64,000 nt of DNA from Candidatus Liptonbacteria bacterium (lineage in GTDB: Bacteria; Patescibacteriota; Minisyncoccia; UBA6257; 2-01-FULL-56-20), in NCBI GenBank assembly GCA_016194445.1, contig JACQBP010000010.1, positions 75-64,074 of the forward strand. Reading direction: 5' to 3'. Positions within the stretch are counted from its first letter, which is position 1. The number at the start of each line of letters is the position of its first letter. The notes below the pieces were generated by a model, which saw nothing but the letters and a program-made list of their open reading frames with translations, ran no database searches and was not told where the DNA came from. A program made the translations under genes and the position numbers. Positions 1 to 8,298 of the stretch are shown piece after piece.

Positions 1-22
1 GGGCTACCTCTCCGTTTCCGGG

Positions 23-3000
23 GTGGGCACCTTTGCCACCACGACCGTCTTCTCCTCGAACCCGCTCGCCAAAGCTTCCTCCTCACTCCTCCAGTTCGGG
101 CCGAACGTGATCCAGGGCGGGAACAGCGCTTCGGGGACCTACCTGGGAGTGAACCCCGTGGCTTTCGCGGGAGACTTCTTGAACTTCCAAACCAACTCCT
201 CGACCCAGTTTGTGGTTTCGGCCACCGGCACGGCCACGCTCGCGGGAAACCTGACCATCGCCGGCTTCACTTCTTCGAGCCAGGAGTACGTCAACTCCTC
301 GACCATCACGGGGCTCCGGTTTACCTCGGCCACGGGTACTAACCTCACCATCACCAATCTCTTGGACGTGCAGGGGAACCGCTACATCACCTCGACCGTG
401 GTCGCGGATCCCTTGACCCTCTCGCAGCTCTACGTGAACTCCTCGGCCACCATCGTGGGGCTCAACTTCACCTCGGCCACCGGCACCAACTTGAACGTGA
501 CCACGCTTGTTGGGACCACGGTTTCCTCGACCGGCCTCACCTTTTCAAACGCGACGGGGTCGGGGAACTTGCAGGTGGGACGCCACGGGCTCGGGAGTGA
601 TGACGGTGACGAATGTTTCTTCCACCGGGATTACTTTTACGAACGCCACTGGGTCGAGCTCTTTCGCCCTGACCGGTACCCCTCCGGTCGCGACGAGCTC
701 GCAACTCTTCCAGCTGGGGCCGAATTCAATTCAGCTCTCGAACGCGACCACCACCTATCTCGGCGCCAACATCGCGACCGGCTTTGGCGGCAACTTCCTC
801 GACTTCCAAGTCAACTCTTCTTCCCAGTTCCGGATGACCACCGTCTCCTCGACCGGGATCACTTTCACGAACGCCACCGGGAGCGGGAACTTCCAAGTGG
901 GCACCGGCATCTTCACGACCCTCGCGTCCTCAACGGGCATCACCTTTACGAACGCCACGGGCTCGGGAGTGATGACGGTCACCAATGTTTCCTCGACCGG
1001 GATCACTTTCACGAACGCGACGGGGTCGGGGAATCTCTCGGTCTCGGGCCTCACTTCTTCCTCCCAACTTTATGCCAACAGTTCCACACTCGTCGGCCTC
1101 AACTTCACGAATGCGACGCGATACTGACCGTGGCCAGCACGTCAAATATCTTTGTGATACTGGATACGGGACTAATTGGGGTGGGGACATCATCACCGAC
1201 GGCTCTCTTTCATATAGTAGGAGCCACTCCGGCGGCGGCCACGACCGCGTCGAATACGCTGGTCGTGGTAGGGGGGACGGGAGGCGCGGGGACATCTGGC
1301 GCTACTGGGGGAGTAGGCGGGCTGATTTCTTTAACTACGGGAAATGGGGGAGATCAAAACAATTCAGCGCTTCTTACCTCCGGTAAGGGCGGCGCTTTTT
1401 CAATCACGACTGGAAATGGTGGTTTGAATCAAGGAACTCTTCTGGCAGCCGGCGCTGGAGGCGCGATTACGATTCTGACTGGTAACGGTGGCAATTCAAG
1501 TTCTACCGGCATTAACGGAGGAGGAGCCGCCGGGGCGATAACGATACAGGGCGGGGTGGGGGGAACGGCAACGACTACGGAGAACGGAGGTAACGGTGGA
1601 AGTCTTACATTGCTTGGTGGGGCGGGTGGTTCAACGGCTTCCACGACTAACTTAGAAGTTGGTGGCAATGGAGGAAGTATTACGCTTAATCCGGGAGCGG
1701 GTGGGAATGGAGCCGCGAGCGGGACGACGGGGAATATCATCTTGGCTAGTTTGCGAGGACTGGTCGGCATAGGCACCTCGTCGCCGTCGGACAAGCTTAC
1801 TATTGGCGGTCGGCCAGGGGAAAATACCACTTCGTCGCTACTCTTTTTGGGACCGAGCGGACCAATTAGAGGCGGATCGGTTTCAGGCACGGTGATTGGG
1901 TCTAACTTTGTAACTTTCAACGGTGATTTTATAAATTTCCAGGTGAATTCCTCGACCCAGTTCCGGGTTTCAGCCACCGGCACGGTCTTCCTGAACGGCG
2001 GTCTCTTCGCGAGCACCACGGTTTCCTCAACCGGCATCACTTTCACGAATGCCACTGGTTCCGGCAACCTCACTGTTTTGGGAATAACCTCGAGCTCGCA
2101 GGAATTCGTGAACAGTTCCACGATTACGGGACTCCGGTTTACAAACGCCACCGGCACGACGCTTGTCATGACCACCGTCTCCTCGACCGGGATCACTTTC
2201 ACGAACGCCACCGGGTCGGGAGTGATGACGGTAACGAATGTGTCTTCCACGGGGATCACGTTTACAAATGCGACGGGGTCTGGTGCTTTGACGATGCTTG
2301 GAGGTAGCAACACAAGACTGGGAACAACTACTAACGCGGCGACGAATGCGATTCTCACTGTGGCCAGTACATCAAATATTTTCGTGATACTGGATACGGG
2401 ACTAATTGGAGTGGGGACATCATCACCGACGGCTCTCTTTCATATAATAGGAGCCACGCCGGCGGATGGGAAAAACGCGTCGGATACATTGGTAGTGGTC
2501 GGAGGAACTGGAGGTGGGCCAACAATTGGGGGTAAAGGTGGATTGATTTCGCTCACTACCGGAAATGGGGGAGCTGTAGGAACGACGGGAGACACGTCGG
2601 GAGCCGGCGGCGCTTTTACAATTAGAACTGGGAATGGTGGTTTGAATGAAGGTTTCGGAAGTACAGGCGCAGGAGGCAATATTTCGATTATAAGTGGCAA
2701 CGGTGGCCAGGCGAGTACATCTAATGCTGGTAACGCGGGAGCGGCTGGAACAATCACGATAAGTGGTGGCACTGGTGGAGTAGCGACGTCGACTTTAAGT
2801 GGAGGAGCGGGTGGGAGTATTAGCATTAGCGCCGGACCGGGTGGCGCGACGACTCTTTCGGGTTCAGACGTTGGGGGAGCGGGGGGCAACATTACTTTGA
2901 ACCCGGGAGCCGGTGGGAATGGAGCCGCGAGCGGAACAACTGGAAATATTATTTTGGCCAACTTGCGGGGACTGGTCGGAGTGGGGACGTCTTCGCCTTT

Positions 3001-5098
3001 TGCCAAACTTTCGATTGGCGGCACGCCACCTCAATCCAATACCAGCACGTTAGTTTTACTGGGTAACAATTTCCTCTCATCTTCAACTGCCTCTAATGGG
3101 AGCGGAACATTTTTAGGCGCTAACCCAGCGACGGGATTCAACGGAGATTTCTTAAATTTTCAAGTGAATTCCTCCACTAAGTTTCAGGTTAGCTCGTCAG
3201 GGGTTATAACCGCTACGACAGTTTCATCAACAGGTATCACTTTCACGAACGCGACGGGGAGCGGCAACTTCCAAGTGGGCACCGGCATCTTCACGACCCT
3301 CGCGTCCTCAACGGGCATCACCTTTTCAAACGCCACGGGGTCGGGGAATCTGCAGGTTACGACGCTTATTGCGACGGGGACCCTCGCTATCGCGACGACG
3401 TCTGCACCCATTGGTTCAACGAGCACCTTGTGGGTTTGCGCGAAATCGAACTGTACGGTGCCGGCGGCAACAACAAGCACTGACACGGTGGCTTTCTTTG
3501 CCTCTTCTCGGGGGACAACGACGAGTACATCTATTACGGCGCGGGGGACGATTACGGGCGGAATGGCGGACGTGGGAGAGTTTGTAAAAGTAGTGGGGGA
3601 TGAGAGTACCTATCAAGCGGGCGACGTGCTTTCGATTGCGGTGGCGGATTCGATTAGTTTTGAAAAGTCGAAGGAAGCTTATAACCCGTGGCTGGCCGGG
3701 GTGGTTACCGAGACCGCAGGGCTTATCGCCGGGGGAGGCGAGGATGGACGCTCGAGGACGGTAATGGCACTGGCCGGTCGGGTGCCAGTTAAAGTGACTG
3801 GTGAGAACGGACCGATTAAACAGGGCGACGCGCTTACCTCGGCCAGCCGCGAAGGTTATGCCATGAAAGCGACGAGGTTGGGACGAACGGTAGCGGTGGC
3901 GCTAGAATCATTCAGTGGTACCACGGCAAGCGATGACGGAAAGATTATGGCGCTCATCAATCTTTCTTGGTTTGGCGGCAATATTAAGGAGGGTTTGAGC
4001 ATCAATGAGAGCGCTGGAGATATCGGCCGCCAAGCGCTCGATATTTTTCAGACCTATAAGATTGGAGGCCAGGCCAGCACGTCTTCTGAATTACTAACTG
4101 GCCGGGTGGCGGCTGAGCTAGAAGTGATCACGCCCAAAATTCTCACGAATGAACTCACCGTGAGCAGTACCGCTTCAATCAATGGGAATTTGGCGGTGGG
4201 AGGGGAAGCGGTTTTCACCGGTAAGGTAACGGCGCAACAGATCGAAGCGCAAGAGATAAAGAGTCCGGGACTCGATTACATCTCGAATACCTTGGCAACT
4301 TTAGGAAACTCGATGGATGATATTAAAAATAGAGTCACGGCGCTGGAAAACGGTTTTGGGGTGAGTTCTTCGACACAAGCGAGTAGTAGCTTAGGAATAG
4401 ATCTACAAGCTCTATTAGATAAAACTGGCGCGCTCACTATAAGTGGAGAGCTGACCTTAAAGAATGGTTTGAAGGTGGACAAGATCGAATCTTTAGGCGA
4501 GACGATCGCCTTTATGAGCGATACGGTTTTCTTCGGGCGACCTTATTTAAATAGCGACAGCGGCGGTTTCGCGGTCGTTTCGCAAGGGGAGCGGAAGGTA
4601 GAAGTGGTTTTTGATAAGGAGTATGTGGCGCAGCCGGTCGTAAATGCCACGATTTCGCTTGAAGATAACGCCAACGCGACGAGTACCGAAGAAGCGATTT
4701 TTGGAAATGGATTAAATTACTTAGTGACTCGAAAGAACCCGAAGGGCTTTACGATTGTGCTTAACAAACCCGCTCCGACGGATATAACTTTCAGTTGGGT
4801 GGCGCTTGCGGTTAAAGACGCAAAGACTTTTACATTTAAGTCGACTCCGGAACCTCCTCCGGCTTCGGCGCCGCTGCCGCCGGATGGAACAGTGGTTCCG
4901 CAAGCCACTTCGACAACAGAGGTTTCTTCTTCAACTTCTTCTACGACGCCAGAAGTTTCATCTTCAACCGATACGGGATTATTGCCACCTGATCTTGCGA
5001 CATCCACTCCGAGTTTAACGGGTGATGTTTTGGGCAGCCCGGCGACTAGTTCACCGCCTGATTTACCGCCGCCGGAAGCCACTTCGGCGCCGCCGTAA
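23..5098 (+). CDS. giant repetitive cell-surface/adhesin-like protein. It is 5'-partial: the frame is open to the window edge and the first listed codon is GTG
   Basis: Continuous 1691-codon ORF. It has tandem ~15-aa SSTGITFTNATGSGN-type repeats and Gly-rich GNGG-type blocks (beta-helix-like). A ~1.2 kb module is duplicated: near-identical ~110-nt DNA segments lie at ~1121-1232 and ~2351-2462, plus the repeated peptide ILTVASTSNIFVILDTGLIGVGTSSPTALFHI. The C-terminus has a non-repetitive domain with a coiled-coil-like stalk and a Ser/Thr/Pro-rich tail. No stop occurs upstream in frame. Confidence 0.75.
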   Translation: MGTFATTTVFSSNPLAKASSSLLQFGPNVIQGGNSASGTYLGVNPVAFAGDFLNFQTNSSTQFVVSATGTATLAGNLTIAGFTSSSQEYVNSSTITGLRFTSATGTNLTITNLLDVQGNRYITSTVVADPLTLSQLYVNSSATIVGLNFTSATGTNLNVTTLVGTTVSSTGLTFSNATGSGNLQVGRHGLGSDDGDECFFHRDYFYERHWVELFRPDRYPSGRDELATLPAGAEFNSALERDHHLSRRQHRDRLWRQLPRLPSQLFFPVPDDHRLLDRDHFHERHRERELPSGHRHLHDPRVLNGHHLYERHGLGSDDGHQCFLDRDHFHERDGVGESLGLGPHFFLPTLCQQFHTRRPQLHECDAILTVASTSNIFVILDTGLIGVGTSSPTALFHIVGATPAAATTASNTLVVVGGTGGAGTSGATGGVGGLISLTTGNGGDQNNSALLTSGKGGAFSITTGNGGLNQGTLLAAGAGGAITILTGNGGNSSSTGINGGGAAGAITIQGGVGGTATTTENGGNGGSLTLLGGAGGSTASTTNLEVGGNGGSITLNPGAGGNGAASGTTGNIILASLRGLVGIGTSSPSDKLTIGGRPGENTTSSLLFLGPSGPIRGGSVSGTVIGSNFVTFNGDFINFQVNSSTQFRVSATGTVFLNGGLFASTTVSSTGITFTNATGSGNLTVLGITSSSQEFVNSSTITGLRFTNATGTTLVMTTVSSTGITFTNATGSGVMTVTNVSSTGITFTNATGSGALTMLGGSNTRLGTTTNAATNAILTVASTSNIFVILDTGLIGVGTSSPTALFHIIGATPADGKNASDTLVVVGGTGGGPTIGGKGGLISLTTGNGGAVGTTGDTSGAGGAFTIRTGNGGLNEGFGSTGAGGNISIISGNGGQASTSNAGNAGAAGTITISGGTGGVATSTLSGGAGGSISISAGPGGATTLSGSDVGGAGGNITLNPGAGGNGAASGTTGNIILANLRGLVGVGTSSPFAKLSIGGTPPQSNTSTLVLLGNNFLSSSTASNGSGTFLGANPATGFNGDFLNFQVNSSTKFQVSSSGVITATTVSSTGITFTNATGSGNFQVGTGIFTTLASSTGITFSNATGSGNLQVTTLIATGTLAIATTSAPIGSTSTLWVCAKSNCTVPAATTSTDTVAFFASSRGTTTSTSITARGTITGGMADVGEFVKVVGDESTYQAGDVLSIAVADSISFEKSKEAYNPWLAGVVTETAGLIAGGGEDGRSRTVMALAGRVPVKVTGENGPIKQGDALTSASREGYAMKATRLGRTVAVALESFSGTTASDDGKIMALINLSWFGGNIKEGLSINESAGDIGRQALDIFQTYKIGGQASTSSELLTGRVAAELEVITPKILTNELTVSSTASINGNLAVGGEAVFTGKVTAQQIEAQEIKSPGLDYISNTLATLGNSMDDIKNRVTALENGFGVSSSTQASSSLGIDLQALLDKTGALTISGELTLKNGLKVDKIESLGETIAFMSDTVFFGRPYLNSDSGGFAVVSQGERKVEVVFDKEYVAQPVVNATISLEDNANATSTEEAIFGNGLNYLVTRKNPKGFTIVLNKPAPTDITFSWVALAVKDAKTFTFKSTPEPPPASAPLPPDGTVVPQATSTTEVSSSTSSTTPEVSSSTDTGLLPPDLATSTPSLTGDVLGSPATSSPPDLPPPEATSAPP

Positions 5099-5168
5099 AA
5101 CGTGCATATGTTGACCCAGCGCCACAAATAGGACATTTCTTTTTAATTATCGCTTTTGTGGTGCTGGG

Positions 5169-5196
5169 TTGACAGACTCCTTCTAACCTCTAAAAT
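5169..5196 (+). promoter_or_regulatory. sigma70-like promoter: TTGACA, 16-nt spacer, TAAAAT. It implies a leaderless transcript for the ORF at 5203
   Basis: TTGACA at 5169-5174 and TAAAAT at 5191-5196. The ATG at 5203 lies 7 nt downstream of the -10. No Shine-Dalgarno sequence is present. Confidence 0.5.
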
Positions 5197-5202
5197 ATAG
5201 TT

Positions 5203-5445
5203 ATGGAGAAAGAAGATCGAATTGATAAATTGGCGAGGATGAGTGCCGATGAATTCGCGGCAATCCGCCGTGATATGAAAACCTTGGCGACTAAGGATGA
5301 GCTTAGGGGCATGAAGGTGGAGATTCTTGACGCAATCAATGATCTAAGTCTTCACGTGAATGCCTGGGTGTCGGATACCGAGCATCGCTTCAAGGACGTC
5401 GAGCAACGGCTTCATGTACTTGAGAACAAGACTGGTCTTCGATAG
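5203..5445 (+). CDS. small coiled-coil hypothetical protein (80 aa)
   Basis: ORF directly downstream of a consensus promoter. The translated sequence has a charged, heptad-like composition. Confidence 0.45.
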   Translation: MEKEDRIDKLARMSADEFAAIRRDMKTLATKDELRGMKVEILDAINDLSLHVNAWVSDTEHRFKDVEQRLHVLENKTGLR

Positions 5446-5470
5446 TAAAAAAGGCGTAATTAAAAAACCT

Positions 5471-6052
5471 ATGGCTAAAAACATAAAGTCCACGGATGTT
5501 TTAAATGGGGAAGGGGAGGGAGAGGGGACGGATACTGGTTTTTTGCATTCTTCAGAAAATCAAAGTATAATGGAAGAAGAGGAGCTCGAAATTCCTACTA
5601 AGACCATGAAACCAATTTCCAAAGTTTTTCTAGCGGTACTTTTGGGAGCGCTTGTTTTTAGCTCCGGTTCAGCTTTGTATTTCTATAACAAGTATACAAA
5701 TCTTCAAAACGGTACGATTCAACCACCATCGCAAGCTTCGGTGGCGGATGAAACGAAGGCGCTTTTGGCCAGCGTGGGGAGTTTGATTGTTTTGCCCAAG
5801 AATGAGTCGCCGACGATTGCGACGGTGGCTGATCCGAGTCAACTTCGAGACCAACCTTTTTTCGTTAATGCTAAAAAAGGAGATAAGGTGCTGATTTACT
5901 CGACCGCTCGAAAAGCGATTCTCTATAGTCCCACGCAAAATAAGATCGTGGAGGTGGCGCCAGTAAACTTTGAAAATTCAAGTCAAGCGGCGACACCTGC
6001 TCCAAAAAGTAATGTTACATCGACGAACGGAAGATCGGTGAATAAAAAGTAG
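5471..6052 (+). CDS. N-terminally membrane-anchored hypothetical protein
   Basis: MAKNIK start inside the longer track ORF 5360-6052. There is a single hydrophobic helix (ISKVFLAVLLGALVFSSG) followed by a soluble domain. The exact start is uncertain. Confidence 0.45.
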   Translation: MAKNIKSTDVLNGEGEGEGTDTGFLHSSENQSIMEEEELEIPTKTMKPISKVFLAVLLGALVFSSGSALYFYNKYTNLQNGTIQPPSQASVADETKALLASVGSLIVLPKNESPTIATVADPSQLRDQPFFVNAKKGDKVLIYSTARKAILYSPTQNKIVEVAPVNFENSSQAATPAPKSNVTSTNGRSVNKK

Positions 6053-6282
6053 TGGAGATGCGGTAGAAGTTAAAAAATAAAAGATAAAAATGAAAAGTGA
6101 CAGTGAAAACTTAAAAAACTAAAGAGAAGAAAAATCGAGATACAAAAAAATAAAAGTGAAAAATGGCGGTGAAAAGTTAAAAATGGGATTTAGAAAAGGA
6201 CCGAATAGAAACACGATAGAGATACAATAGAGAAACTTTGGATATATTTTGGGGAAAAACGGTCGAAAAATAGATAATAAAA

Positions 6283-6738
6283 ATGGCAAAGTTTATGAAA
6301 AAATCCGAAGAATTGGCCGCAGAAGAATCTCAAGTGGATAGTTCGCGAAAAAAGATGTGGCGTCCGCTTTGGTTGGTTTTGATTATCGTTGTTTTGGTTT
6401 TAGTGGTTGTCAGTGTGAGCCGGAGTGGTTGGGGGGTCGGTAACAGCAAGTGGCAAGCCCTTTTTCTTAGCAACAACCAAGTTTACTTCGGTCATATTGA
6501 TCGAATGGGAGAAACGATTGCGCTCTCGAAAATTTTTTATTTGAGAGTGAACCAACAGTTACAACAAGGAACGCCACCGACACCGACTTTTGATTTAGTG
6601 AAACTAGGAACTGAACTGCATGGACCAGCGGATAGGATGTATATCCCTAGGTCTTCAGTTCTTTTTTGGGAAGATATGAGGGCCGATTCACAAGTGGTTC
6701 AGGGAATCGAGAAAGTTTTGAATCAGAATAAGAAGTAA
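6283..6738 (+). CDS. membrane-anchored hypothetical protein
   Basis: 151-aa ORF with one N-terminal TM helix (LWLVLIIVVLVLVVVSV). Confidence 0.45.
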   Translation: MAKFMKKSEELAAEESQVDSSRKKMWRPLWLVLIIVVLVLVVVSVSRSGWGVGNSKWQALFLSNNQVYFGHIDRMGETIALSKIFYLRVNQQLQQGTPPTPTFDLVKLGTELHGPADRMYIPRSSVLFWEDMRADSQVVQGIEKVLNQNKK

Positions 6739-6770
6739 ATTTTTCTGGCTTGAAAGTTTTATGAGGAAGT

Positions 6771-7334
6771 ATGAAGTACAGACTTCTTTTTGGTTTGGCG
6801 GTTTTATTGTGGCTTTGGCCGTGGTTTGGGGCGAATTTGGCTTTGGCGGACGTAGCGACTTCGACTAGCTTTAATCTCCACTCGGTAATTGGAACTGGCG
6901 GCAGCCGATCAACTTCAACTACTTTTAATGAAAAAGGTGTATTAGGGCAACCGGGGGAAGGGATTTCATCAAGCACCTCTTTTGTACTTAAGGGAGGGTT
7001 TTTGTACTTTGGGCCGGCGGTGACGACGACGGTGGCGACGAGCGGGGGTCCGGGACCGAGTGGTGGAGGAGGGCCGACTGGTGGGGGGGGAGGGGGTCTT
7101 TTTTTTCCAGGGGAACAGCCGCTGCCTAAAAAAACTGGAAAGTTGAGGTGCGGCAGTTTGGCGTTGGACAAGGTGGATTTAAGCGGGGATTGTAAGGTTA
7201 ATTTGATTGATCTTTCGATTCTGCTTTATTACTACGAGCGAAGCGGTCCAGGCGTGGCCCAATACGATTTTAACGAGAACTTGACGGTCGATTTTCCTGA
7301 TATTTCAGTGATGATGTTTTATTGGTCTGGTTAA
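6771..7334 (+). CDS. secreted Gly-rich protein with a C-terminal dockerin-like domain
   Basis: Signal peptide (MKYRLLFGLAVLLWLWPWFGANLALA) and a poly-Gly linker. There are two dockerin-type Ca-binding segments: DLSGDCKVNLIDLSILLYYY and DFNENLTVDFPDISVMMFY. In both, D/N sits at positions 1, 3, 5, 9 and 12. Confidence 0.6.
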   Translation: MKYRLLFGLAVLLWLWPWFGANLALADVATSTSFNLHSVIGTGGSRSTSTTFNEKGVLGQPGEGISSSTSFVLKGGFLYFGPAVTTTVATSGGPGPSGGGGPTGGGGGGLFFPGEQPLPKKTGKLRCGSLALDKVDLSGDCKVNLIDLSILLYYYERSGPGVAQYDFNENLTVDFPDISVMMFYWSG

Positions 7335-7373
7335 ATGAGGATATAGAATTTAGAATTTAGGATTTAGGTTACT

Positions 7374-8288
7374 ATGGAAAAAGAATCACCGAAATCTTTT
7401 AACCGGTATGGCTCTAAATTTCCAGGCCCTGCCTTTTTGTTTTTACTCCTGTATTCTATATCCTATATCCTAAATCCTTCTACTGGTTATGCATCATCTC
7501 ATCCGGTTTTTTATTTTGAAGGACCAGAGGGGATGCTCGGGGCGGGAAGCGAGTTTTCAGTGAAAGTTTTGGTGGATTCAAAGGAAGCTCTCAATGCTTA
7601 TGCCTTCTCGATTGATTACCCAGCTGAGAAGCTTGAGGTGGTCAGTGTCAATGACGCCGGTACGATTCTAGACATTAGAAAAGATCAGCCGGAGGCCCCT
7701 TTTTCGAGTCCGCTTAAATTTTCCGGCGCCGGTTTTAAATCTTTTTCTGGGAAGGCGGGGTTGCTTTTTAGGATTAACTTTAGAGTGATTGAAGTCGGAT
7801 CTAGTCTACTAACATTTAGCGAATCAAAAGCTTACTTAGCTGACGGCAAGGGAACACTCATTGTTCCTGAGGTTCGAATTTTAAAGGTAGAAGCAAAAGA
7901 AGGTATTCTCGGGAGCACTCCCGAAGTGGTAAACGACAAAACGCCACCTTCATTTGAAAAACTGGCTTTAGTGCCGGACCCGATAAATTCTGGTCAAAAG
8001 TTGCTGACTTTTTTAGTTAAAGATGATGTTTCTGGAGTTAGAGATGTGTCACTGCAATCTAAACGCTGGTTATGGTGGGAGGAGATTAAGAAGATCAGCA
8101 ATCCGGCGGCAGTTTCGAATTCGACGTGGGCGGTGAGGGTTCGAGTGAGCGATAACACCGGCAACATTAGCGAGAAGATAATTTACGATTGGGGAGTTCT
8201 GGCGCGGAATCTTTGGCCTCTCATTTTGATAATGTTCTTTGCCATCATCCTAGTTATAAACAGAATATTTAGAAGAAAGCGGTTATAA
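7374..8288 (+). CDS. cohesin-like domain protein with a C-terminal membrane anchor
   Basis: The N-terminal segment GSEFSVKVLVDSKEALNAYAFSIDYPAEKLEVVSV...GLLFRINFRVIEVGSSLLTF...ADGKGT matches the cohesin beta-sandwich pattern. The C-terminus carries a TM helix (LWPLILIMFFAIILVI) followed by basic residues. Confidence 0.55.
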   Translation: MEKESPKSFNRYGSKFPGPAFLFLLLYSISYILNPSTGYASSHPVFYFEGPEGMLGAGSEFSVKVLVDSKEALNAYAFSIDYPAEKLEVVSVNDAGTILDIRKDQPEAPFSSPLKFSGAGFKSFSGKAGLLFRINFRVIEVGSSLLTFSESKAYLADGKGTLIVPEVRILKVEAKEGILGSTPEVVNDKTPPSFEKLALVPDPINSGQKLLTFLVKDDVSGVRDVSLQSKRWLWWEEIKKISNPAAVSNSTWAVRVRVSDNTGNISEKIIYDWGVLARNLWPLILIMFFAIILVINRIFRRKRL

Positions 8289-8298
8289 TGAGAGGGTA

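Noticed and set aside
507-1127. ORF 507-1127 as an independent gene
   Set aside because: It encodes the same repeat type as the surrounding giant gene, in a shifted frame. It is best explained as the in-frame version of a frameshifted internal segment, not a separate gene.
1429-3024. Long minus-strand ORFs (1429-2358, 2440-3024) that are proline-rich
   Set aside because: They are antisense to the Gly-rich repeats of the giant plus-strand gene (GGN read as CCN). They have no start context or motifs, so they are spurious open frames.
3900-4800. Peptidase S74 (phage tail-fibre intramolecular chaperone) assignment for the C-terminal domain of the giant protein
   Set aside because: The SDxRLK-type catalytic motif is not present (only SDDGK). 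The similarity is impressionistic, so it is left as a domain of unknown function.
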